This document shows positions 19,925-28,116 of a stretch of DNA of 64,000 nucleotides, in pieces. A model generated the notes under the pieces. The model made no database searches, was not told where the DNA came from, and saw only the letters and a list, made by a program, of their open reading frames with translations. Within the stretch, counting starts at the first letter, position 1; every line of letters starts with the position of its first letter. The translations under genes were made by a program, and so were the position numbers. Source of the DNA: Candidatus Poribacteria bacterium. GTDB taxonomy: Bacteria; Poribacteria; WGA-4E; JAJDTR01. The stretch is from assembly GCA_965232535.1 (NCBI GenBank), contig CBDDPW010000021.1, positions 519,700 to 583,699 of the forward strand, given 5' to 3'.

Positions 19925-19994
19925 TGTCTGAATCACGGATTACGGGATCTCTACCGCGCTCGCTATTCACTCGCTTGCTGGATTACGCAGATTA
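19925..19994 (+). repeat. module J (tgtctgaatcacggattac...gattacgcagatta) with a class I unit in its centre
   Basis: Compare with the compact copy at 43138-43182. Here 19944-19980 is gggatctctaccgcgctcgctattcactcgcttgctg. Confidence 0.65.
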
Positions 19995-20389
19995 CACGGA
20001 TAAAAAACACTTACCCGGCGTAGTTTTGCAGCTTGAAGATTTTTATTGGCGATTATGATGTAAGAAAGAGAAGAGATTGACGAGCAGCCAAATTAGGCCT
20101 GACCCTCTTCAGCGAAAAGAGGTTGACATCTAGAAATGCGCATTGTATGGTAATAATTCAGTTCGGCTTTAGGAACGACAATGGTTATTGCTCATAATTA
20201 TCACCAACGTAAATTCAAACCTGTGCGGAAAAGCGCTTAAAACGATTCAGTTTTTGTACGAAGGACTTGACATCTCCTTTTCGTAATAGGAAAAATTAAT
20301 CGGGTTGGCGCAAGAATTAGCGGCGCTGAATGGTTAGTCTAAGTTGAAAACCAACCGCAACGCCAACACCATAAACATACGGAGCATTC

Positions 20390-22486
20390 ATGACACAACC
20401 AGACAACATCCACACGATACTTAAAGACACTGATTATCATCTTTTTCTGTTCAAGGAAAACGAAATTGACAGTCTGCGTGATAGAATTTTCTTTAAAACT
20501 GTTAGAGAAAAAGAACGCCCGTTTGTAAACTGTATCGTGCGGAATAAGGACATTCAGTTAAAACCTGAGGAAGTCGTGCGTCAGCTTTATGCGGCAAGAC
20601 TCATTAATCAATACGGCTATTCCAAAACACGGTTGGCTTTTGAATATTCTGTTAACTTTGGCAGGCAAAAGAAAAGCGCCGATATTGTCATTCTCGACAA
20701 AGATCGGCCGGATACCGCTTATATTATCGTTGAGTTGAAAAAGCCCAAACTCAAGGACGGTAAAAACCAACTGCGCTCCTATTGCAACGCAACCGGAGCA
20801 CCGATTGGGGTCTGGACAAATGGAGAGTTTATTTCTCATTACCATCGCAAAGACCCAAATTACTTCGAAGAAATTAGCGATATTCCTAACGTTAACCAAG
20901 CCTTGAAGGATATTCTCAATGAACGTTTCACTTTGAAGGGCCTCATCCTCAAGGACAAGATTGCCACCGAGAGAAAATCGCTGAAAGACATTGTTTTGGA
21001 AATGGAGGATGAGGTGTTGGCAAATGCCGGAGTAGATGTCTTTGAGGAGGTTTTCAAACTCGTATTCACTAAACTCTATGATGAATATGAAAGCCGCAGA
21101 GATAAGGAATTCCTCAACCGATCTGTCCGACTACGCACTAAAACCGCTATACATGAGAATCAGCCCAATTATCTTTATGGCGAGGATTATGAAACCCTCA
21201 AGGCAGTGGTTAAGGAAATTCCAGATGGCGACTTCCGCCCGATGGAATTTAGAAACACCGGACAGACTGACACAGAACTTAAGAACAAGATCCAGCGTCT
21301 TTTTGACGCTGCAAAAACACAGTGGCCTGGGGTTTTTTCAGAAGGCTCCGCTTTTGAACTCACTGACAGCCATTTGGCTATTTGCGTAGCCAGCTTGCAA
21401 GATGTCAAGCTGTTCAACTCCAATCTGTTGGTGGTGGATGAAGCTTTTGAATATTTGGTGAACAAATCTGCCAAAGGCGAAAAAGGGCAGTATTTTACGC
21501 CACGCCATGTAATTGATATGTGCGTGGAGATGCTGAATCCCAAACCCGGCGAATATATGATTGATACCGCGTCAGGCAGTTGCGGTTTCCCGGTGCATAC
21601 CATCTTCAAAATCACTGGCCACCTTTTCTCCAATCAAGAAATACCAGAAGCAGATAAGCAGAACGTGCGCAAAGTCTTCGGTATTGACTTCGACGAAAAA
21701 ACAGTTAGGGTTTCCAGAACGTTGAATCTGATTGCCGGGGATGGAGAAAGCAATGTTTTGCACTTGAATACGTTGGATTTTGAACGCTGGAGCGACAGAA
21801 CAGAGGGTGACAGAAAATGGATAAGAACCTATGCCGAGGGTTTTGAACGGTTGGAAAAACTGAGAACCAACATAGGGGAAAACCAGAACTTTAACTTTGA
21901 CATTCTGATGGCAAATCCTCCCTTTGCGGGAGACATTAAGGAGAGCCGTTTGCTGCATAAATACCAACTCGGATTTAAGGCAAACAAGGAACCGCAAAGC
22001 AAAGTTGGACGCGACATTCTGTTTATTGAGCGCAATCTGGATTTTCTCAAACCAGGTGGGCGCATGGCGATTGTGCTTCCGCAGGGAAGGTTTAATAACA
22101 CATCAGATAAACATATCCGCGATTTTGTTGCCGAGCGTGCACGCATCCTGGCGGTCATCGGTCTACACATTAACACTTTCAAGCCCCACACTGGTACTAA
22201 GACTAGCGTACTGTTTGTGCAAAAATGGGACGATGGAGACCTTTGTCCCAAAGTTGACGATTATCCTATTTTCTTTGCCGTGAGCGAAAAAGGTGGGAAG
22301 GACAACTCTGGTGATTACGTCTATCTCAAGAATGAGGATTCGAAGGACAAGCTCGACAGAAATGGGCATCTAATCGTCGACCACGATTTACATAACCACA
22401 ACGGCGAATTGCCGGATGGAATCGCTGAAGCGTTTATTGAATGGGCGAAGGCCGAGAGACTGTCATTTTGGCGTCATGATGAATGA
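20390..22486 (+). CDS. fusion of an HSDR_N-type PD-(D/E)xK nuclease domain and a gamma-class N6-adenine DNA methyltransferase (HsdM/BcgI-A-like)
   Basis: N-terminus: KPEEVVRQ..SADIVIL..AYIIVELKKPK..QLRSY..WTNG (HSDR_N pattern with a D...ExK core). C-terminus: methylase motif I IDTASGSCGF and motif IV NPPFAG. GGAG RBS before the ATG. Confidence 0.85.
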   Translation: MTQPDNIHTILKDTDYHLFLFKENEIDSLRDRIFFKTVREKERPFVNCIVRNKDIQLKPEEVVRQLYAARLINQYGYSKTRLAFEYSVNFGRQKKSADIVILDKDRPDTAYIIVELKKPKLKDGKNQLRSYCNATGAPIGVWTNGEFISHYHRKDPNYFEEISDIPNVNQALKDILNERFTLKGLILKDKIATERKSLKDIVLEMEDEVLANAGVDVFEEVFKLVFTKLYDEYESRRDKEFLNRSVRLRTKTAIHENQPNYLYGEDYETLKAVVKEIPDGDFRPMEFRNTGQTDTELKNKIQRLFDAAKTQWPGVFSEGSAFELTDSHLAICVASLQDVKLFNSNLLVVDEAFEYLVNKSAKGEKGQYFTPRHVIDMCVEMLNPKPGEYMIDTASGSCGFPVHTIFKITGHLFSNQEIPEADKQNVRKVFGIDFDEKTVRVSRTLNLIAGDGESNVLHLNTLDFERWSDRTEGDRKWIRTYAEGFERLEKLRTNIGENQNFNFDILMANPPFAGDIKESRLLHKYQLGFKANKEPQSKVGRDILFIERNLDFLKPGGRMAIVLPQGRFNNTSDKHIRDFVAERARILAVIGLHINTFKPHTGTKTSVLFVQKWDDGDLCPKVDDYPIFFAVSEKGGKDNSGDYVYLKNEDSKDKLDRNGHLIVDHDLHNHNGELPDGIAEAFIEWAKAERLSFWRHDE

Positions 22487-22516
22487 AACAAAGGGGGATG
22501 AGGTTAGTATTCGATT

Positions 22517-23272
22517 ATGAGTTATATAGGAAACGAACAACATTGGAAACAGCTGATAGAAGTAGATTGGCTTGGACAATATGTCAAAACTTGGATCGCA
22601 TTCAATGCTTGGTATAGAAATAGCTTTAAGCTGAAAAACGATTGGAGAATTATTGAAGCAATCAAGAACGACGAAGGCGACATTTGCACGAAGATTGAGA
22701 CTTTTTTGGTAGGCAACAGCTCGGACCAGGAAACGTTCCAGTCAGCCGTAGCAGACCTCCATCGGGCGCTCTCAGATACAATCATAAAGTCCAAAGATAG
22801 AAAGATTTCCTTTGAGGAAATTGAAGATTATAGGCACGCCAAATCCGTTGATGAGATAAAAAACAGGGTGTCATACAGAATTGAAATAGACATTGTCGAG
22901 AAAAAGCGCCTTATTACGATAACAAATTCCAAAGGAACAACGATTTATTCTGCAACTATAGACTGGAAGCAAGAAAGGGACAACTATAATCCGCATCAAG
23001 TGGACACATTATCACACGCGCAAAATGGGGCTCTCCGCGGGTTTCTTAAGGAATCATCACCAATTCACAACTTACTTCGCTATGGGAGCAATCCTCTTGA
23101 GATTGGCAGTTTCAAATTCACAGACAACCCGAACCTAATCGCCCGGGGAATAATTGAAGTCCTTTACCAATTGAGAAATGCTCTTTTTCACGGGGAAATA
23201 ACTCCTGATCTGAAAGCACAGAGGACATATCAGCCGGCGTATCTCATTCTAAAGTCAATAATCCCAATGTGA
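22517..23272 (+). CDS. HEPN-domain protein (putative RNase) embedded between the methylase and S genes
   Basis: 251-aa ORF 30 nt after the upstream stop. C-terminal VLYQLRNALFHGEITPD carries the Rx4H HEPN signature in an RN..H context. Confidence 0.6.
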   Translation: MSYIGNEQHWKQLIEVDWLGQYVKTWIAFNAWYRNSFKLKNDWRIIEAIKNDEGDICTKIETFLVGNSSDQETFQSAVADLHRALSDTIIKSKDRKISFEEIEDYRHAKSVDEIKNRVSYRIEIDIVEKKRLITITNSKGTTIYSATIDWKQERDNYNPHQVDTLSHAQNGALRGFLKESSPIHNLLRYGSNPLEIGSFKFTDNPNLIARGIIEVLYQLRNALFHGEITPDLKAQRTYQPAYLILKSIIPM

Positions 23273-23374
23273 AGCAACATGGAAGGCGCCAAGCAGTGTC
23301 GAGAATTGAACTGTGGCTTTAATATCTGGAACCAATAGATGTCAAACACGGTAGCACCATGACGAGGGCTAACG

Positions 23375-24778
23375 ATGCAGTATTCAATTATAAATTTCAG
23401 TCAAATTAGCACGCAATTGCTCAGACTTGAAGCTGAATTTTACAATTCGAATTCGCTGTTGAATTCCTACTGTTTTTCAGGCGTAGAAGTGATTGATTTC
23501 GTTCAGTACGGAACCTCTGAAGAATTGAATGAAGAAAATAAAGGGTATCCAACTTTACGATTAAATGAGTTTTCGTCATTTTTCATAAAACATCCTCAAA
23601 AATATTGCGACAAAATTGACGAGGAAACATACCAGTCTCTCGCTTTGAAAAAAGGTGATGTTTTAATCTGTAGGACAAACGGTAATCCTCGGCTCGTAGG
23701 AAAATCGGCGATTGTGCCAGAAGATTGTAATTATGCTTTTGCGTCTTACTTATTCCGAGTTAGACCAAAAGAGGAGATATTGTTGCCAACAACCCTCGTT
23801 ACATATTTAAATTCAACAGTGGGTAGGGCCGAAATTGAGAAGCATCTCATGGTAAGCAATCAAGCAAATTTCAGTCCGGCTAAATTTCGAGAAATGCTGA
23901 TTCCACGGTTTGGAGAAAAAATTCAGTCACGTGTTGACAAATCCATTTGGGAGTCTTACTGCAAACACAGCAATTCAACGCAGATTTACACGCAAGCTGA
24001 GACTCTCTTTCTCTCCGACTTGGGCCTTGCTAACTGGAAACCTAAACATCGGCTAGCTTTTGTTGAGGGGTTCGCCAAGGCGCGACAGGTAGAACGTCTT
24101 GATGCTGATTATTTTCAACCGAAATACGATGAAATGGTCAGAGCGATAAAAAAATATCCAGGTGGCTGGGATACCCTTCAAAACTTGACAACAATAAAGA
24201 AATGCGTCGAGGTAGGAAGTGACCAATACCTTCCGGAAGGGATCCCTTTTGTCCGCGTTAGCAATTTGAGTCCGTTCGAAATTACTGAAGAAAAGTACAT
24301 CTCCGAGGCGATGTATGCAAAGTTGATAAAACACCAACCTAGACAGGGTGAAATACTCCTGAGCAAAGACGCAACTCCAGGTATTGCTTATTATCTGCGT
24401 GAACAACCACCGAAGATGATTCCTTCAGGCGGGATACTGCGTTTGGAGAGCAAAACGGACGACATTGAGAACGAGTATTTGATGTTAGTTCTAAATTCAA
24501 GGCCGACTACGGAGCAAGTAAACCGCGATGTAGGCGGGTCAGTGATACTCCATTGGAGACCAGATCAGGTTAAAGCAACAATTATTCCAATCCTTCCCAA
24601 GGATAAGCAAGTACAAATCCGAAATAAGATTACTGCATCCTTTGAGTTAAGAAAGCAGTCTAGGCAACTACTGGAATGCGCCAAACGGGCAGTTGAGATT
24701 GCAATTGAGCAAAACGAGCAAGTTGCCGTTGAATGGCTGGAAGATGCAACTAATAGACTCCGTTGTAAACGTCCCTAG
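23375..24778 (+). CDS. hsdS: restriction-modification specificity subunit (HsdS-like, two target-recognition domains)
   Basis: 467-aa ORF. Duplicated TRD architecture with conserved spacer helices (e.g. SRVDKSIWESY.. and QIRNKITASFELRKQSRQLLECAKRAVEIAIEQ). Confidence 0.85.
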   Translation: MQYSIINFSQISTQLLRLEAEFYNSNSLLNSYCFSGVEVIDFVQYGTSEELNEENKGYPTLRLNEFSSFFIKHPQKYCDKIDEETYQSLALKKGDVLICRTNGNPRLVGKSAIVPEDCNYAFASYLFRVRPKEEILLPTTLVTYLNSTVGRAEIEKHLMVSNQANFSPAKFREMLIPRFGEKIQSRVDKSIWESYCKHSNSTQIYTQAETLFLSDLGLANWKPKHRLAFVEGFAKARQVERLDADYFQPKYDEMVRAIKKYPGGWDTLQNLTTIKKCVEVGSDQYLPEGIPFVRVSNLSPFEITEEKYISEAMYAKLIKHQPRQGEILLSKDATPGIAYYLREQPPKMIPSGGILRLESKTDDIENEYLMLVLNSRPTTEQVNRDVGGSVILHWRPDQVKATIIPILPKDKQVQIRNKITASFELRKQSRQLLECAKRAVEIAIEQNEQVAVEWLEDATNRLRCKRP

Positions 24779-24788
24779 GCAATAGGTA

Positions 24789-25427
24789 ATGAGGCGCTAC
24801 ACTAAAATATTGATTTGGGAAAACAAGAAACGACTGAATAAGTTGATGGAATTCCGGGATTACATTCTTACGTACTTCAATAATAGCCGTGCCGAATGGA
24901 TAATGGATCCAAGAGTCGAAGAAGTCGCTGCACAAGAAGCTAGGTTCAACATTAATTTATCAATGAAAGAAGCCCACTCCATAATTCTTAAATCTGGAAT
25001 AACACCAACGCTTAGCTGGACTCTTCCGTCAGCAGGAGGAAGGTACTCAACGAATGTCGATCTAATTGAGAACATTTTTAACCTTCATGAATTCCAAATT
25101 GATCCGCGTCTTGTGCTTGATAACATTGATAGGGCAATTGGCATTTATGCATCTAACACCAGATCGGCACTTATCAGAATATTTAATCCGTTCTTTTACA
25201 TAGGGTTGGTGTTTGATTTTATTTCGGATCTGCCGTTTATTGCTCTTGGAAAACTTGGCTTTAACCACCACAAGGCAAGATCGTCAGCAATAGGTCGCCT
25301 AGTCAAAGGATTTTTTTACCTAATCACAGTCTTTGCCGCATTCCTAACGATATTGCATCTCTTGGGGTACTTGGATCCCGTAAAGCAGTTCGTGCATGAA
25401 TTTTTGGGCACAGAAAATGTCAATTAA
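24789..25427 (+). CDS. hypothetical protein with soluble N-domain and two C-terminal transmembrane helices
   Basis: 212-aa ORF starting 10 nt after the hsdS stop. Hydrophobic segments FNPFFYIGLVFDFISDLPFIALG and GFFYLITVFAAFLTILHLLGYL. Confidence 0.55.
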   Translation: MRRYTKILIWENKKRLNKLMEFRDYILTYFNNSRAEWIMDPRVEEVAAQEARFNINLSMKEAHSIILKSGITPTLSWTLPSAGGRYSTNVDLIENIFNLHEFQIDPRLVLDNIDRAIGIYASNTRSALIRIFNPFFYIGLVFDFISDLPFIALGKLGFNHHKARSSAIGRLVKGFFYLITVFAAFLTILHLLGYLDPVKQFVHEFLGTENVN

Positions 25428-25611
25428 ATTCGAGACAGCAAGCACCTTCGACCAGGCCAACCCAGTGTAGGCCATTTTGCATGAGGTCACCTGCATACGT
25501 ACGTAACGGAGCGAGTTTGAGATTTGCCCATGCAAGTGCAAGGGCTTCATTCGTCTAAAATGTAATGCTAAAGTATGATGTTCATTTAACTTACTAGATT
25601 TTGAGGATAAA

Positions 25612-26274
25612 ATGTACGAATTCACAAAACTTCAACTTTCCCAAGATGAATTCAACAACTTAGTTTTCATGGGTCCTGCTCCGTGGTGGGAAAAGGAACA
25701 AATTGACCCTCCTGGCTGGAATCAGCAGGAACGCGGCAGATTACCCCTCGAAGAACAGCACAAGTTTCTGCTTTGTCTTTGCCATAAGCCGCTGAAGCAG
25801 GTTGTCGAAATGGTTATAGAGAGATCCGGGGTTCAAGGGCCGAAACTAGATCCAACACGTGTTTTTCAGAATATATCCGTAGTAGCTAGAGGCGAGAAAA
25901 CTCCATGGTTTGAGCGCCATGTGTGTCTGAGTCGACATCTTCACAAGAGTCTAATGGACGAGCTCTGGGTTCGCAATCTTACGAAATTTGGCGGCGGAGA
26001 AAGAGATAAATGCCCAAGCGGGACGTTTTATACTGAGGATGGAAATCATCGCGCCCTTGTTTACGCAATGCACGTTGAGTGCGGCGTATTAAATTATGAA
26101 CCTGTTGCAGCAATACACGCAACATCTTGGGATCTTACCAGCGGTATCCTCGGTCACCAAGTCCAGAGCGCACATGTTTTGGAAAACAATGGTAGACTGC
26201 AAGACAATAATAGGCGCTTGGCGGGGCAATTCCACATGCACCTTGACCGCTATGAACGATTAACACATCCATAA
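25612..26274 (+). CDS. hypothetical protein with possible ParB/Srx-like fold
   Basis: 220-aa ORF. FYTEDGNHRALVYAM resembles the DGxHR..A core of ParB-like nuclease/Srx domains. Weak single-motif evidence. Confidence 0.45.
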   Translation: MYEFTKLQLSQDEFNNLVFMGPAPWWEKEQIDPPGWNQQERGRLPLEEQHKFLLCLCHKPLKQVVEMVIERSGVQGPKLDPTRVFQNISVVARGEKTPWFERHVCLSRHLHKSLMDELWVRNLTKFGGGERDKCPSGTFYTEDGNHRALVYAMHVECGVLNYEPVAAIHATSWDLTSGILGHQVQSAHVLENNGRLQDNNRRLAGQFHMHLDRYERLTHP

Positions 26275-26537
26275 ATGGAGAGGTTTTGATTTGCTTATGG
26301 GTTGACCATTGAAATAACCCGGCGGTTTCTAACGCCCTGAAACCTGTCGCCCCTCCGGGGCTTTGGTGTGTAGTGATTCCGCGTTACTATACACCTTTCG
26401 CACCTCTGGTGCTTTCAAAGGCTGGCGAAGGCTTAAATTATCGCACTTGTTATTCTGTCTTTTGATTCCTACAAAGGCTAGAGAGATCGCTCCCACAGAG
26501 GCGAACAAAGTTCCTATCACAGTATGGAGGGAATTGT

Positions 26538-26570
26538 AGAAACCAAGTTTTGAAGAAAAAACTCGGTTTC
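26538..26570. repeat. class E palindromic hairpin
   Basis: gaaaccaagttttgaagaaaaaactcggtttc, between convergent gene ends 26274 and 26617. Confidence 0.75.
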
Positions 26571-26616
26571 ATGTAGTGTGGAATACCACATCTAGATTGT
26601 CAACGAGGCTTTTAAA

Positions 26617-27645
26617 TTAGCGCCAATGGAGATGGTGGAAATCGTGACTGGTTGATGTAATCTGCGACATGTCCCCTGACTCAACGTCTATAATGAAGAT
26701 TTCGCTTGTGCGTCTGCCGCCACGATCTCCGCCGATGAAGCCAATTTGGCTGCTATCGGGGCTCCAAGTCGCATCTCTGCCTCGGTAGCGGCTTAGATTT
26801 TGATAGCTCTTGAACTTTCCGTTCTCTACGGTTGCGATGCAGATATCGCCCGCCGCATAGAACAGGATCTGGTTCCCGTCGGGCGACCATCTTTCTATAC
26901 GCTGACACGGCGGCTCGTCACGCTGGAGAAACCATAACCCGGTGGTGCCGACGACTTCCGGTTGAGCGAGCGCGAGGAACCCGTCGGTCGTGAAAGCGAT
27001 CCATTTGCGGTCGGGAGACCACTCGGGCCACCTGACTCCTTTTGGCAACGCTTCAAGCAGTTTGTTTTTAGGCTCTATGATTTTCTCTCCCTCCGCATCC
27101 CAGTGAAACCAGCCTTCCGCCCACCTCCGGGTTCTCCAGCGTTTGGTCGATTTGCCGTCAACGGTTACGACCCAGTTCTCCAATCGATCTTTCGGACGGT
27201 CAATCTCTACCACAACGAGAATGGCATCACCGCGCGGCGACCACCTGAAGTCGTGGATGCGAAATTGTTTCTTGACAAGCCGCACTCTCTCGGCGCCGTC
27301 TGGCTTCATCACATAGAGCGCTTCCGCCTCATCAACGCCGGATACATACGCAATTAGGGTTCCGTCGGGAGACCATCGAGGTCTGCGGGAAAGCCCGTCG
27401 TCGGTGAGTCGGCGGAATTCGGTACCGTTTGGACTCATCGTGCCGATGTCATACCGATAAAATTCCCACCACTTTTTCGTGCCTCGGCCTTTTTCGAGGG
27501 TGCCCGTTGCCGCTCGGAAACCGTCCCGATTCAGGAAGGGTTCGCGGATGGCGAATACCAATCTGCCTGACCCGTCTCGCGCCAGGGATAGGTCGGTTGC
27601 CATTACGAGGAGAATGAGGATCCCAAACAGGTATTTTTTAGACAT
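26617..27645 (-). CDS. secreted PD40/TolB-like beta-propeller repeat protein
   Basis: Signal peptide MSKKYLFGILILLVMA and repeated WSPDG motifs (RWSPDGTLIAY, RWSPRGD, EWSPDRKWIAF, RWSPDGNQILF, TWSPDSSQIGF). Confidence 0.8.
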   Translation of the reverse strand: MSKKYLFGILILLVMATDLSLARDGSGRLVFAIREPFLNRDGFRAATGTLEKGRGTKKWWEFYRYDIGTMSPNGTEFRRLTDDGLSRRPRWSPDGTLIAYVSGVDEAEALYVMKPDGAERVRLVKKQFRIHDFRWSPRGDAILVVVEIDRPKDRLENWVVTVDGKSTKRWRTRRWAEGWFHWDAEGEKIIEPKNKLLEALPKGVRWPEWSPDRKWIAFTTDGFLALAQPEVVGTTGLWFLQRDEPPCQRIERWSPDGNQILFYAAGDICIATVENGKFKSYQNLSRYRGRDATWSPDSSQIGFIGGDRGGRRTSEIFIIDVESGDMSQITSTSHDFHHLHWR

Positions 27646-27735
27646 GGTGTTATCCTTCCACGTTTTGTGAAGTGTTCGGAAATGTAGAGATAGTATAATA
27701 TTTTAGGGAGATACCGAGGTATCAAGAAATTCGAT

Positions 27736-28101
27736 GTGCACCCTACAAAATGACTATCGAGGAAAGCGTTGGGTTTCGCTGCGCTCTACCCAACCTACGC
27801 ACTTCTCTTAGTCCTAATCGGACGGGGGCCGGTGCGGTTGGAAACCGCACCTACCGGATGGGGTGCGACGTATAACCTCACCGACACTAAGCGAACTCCC
27901 TTAAATTGATCCCTGTGGAGGGATTCTATCGCGGTCGCTGTTCGCTCCCTTGATCCTTCACTATTCGTTCAGTTGATTCTGTTCAGTCGCTTGATTCCAC
28001 CCTACTACAAACCTGCGGTCGCGATTCGGAGATCGCTCCTACAGAAGACCTGACAGGTTTTACAGGGCAGAAACCGAGTTTTGAGGAAAAAACTCGGTTT
28101 C
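27736..28101 (+). repeat. BIME-like cluster of six different modules: C (partial) 27736, D 27768-27799, B 27829-27857, I 27920-28008, A 28017-28044, E 28070-28101
   Basis: All read directly. All CTAC tails are on the + strand. Confidence 0.85.
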
Positions 28102-28116
28102 TAGTGTGTGCTGTGT

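Noticed and set aside
20013-26324. ACCCGGCG octamer at both island edges (20013-20020 and 26317-26324) as possible att/direct repeats.
   Set aside because: Eight bases is too short to distinguish from chance in 64 kb. There is no integrase or tRNA nearby. I kept it only as a note.
26329-26520. 63-aa - strand ORF at the right edge of the defence island.
   Set aside because: It overlaps degenerate repeat fragments (class C leader ctttcaaaggctgg, class A half gagatcgctcccacag, class I tail ttgattcctaca). It has no RBS.
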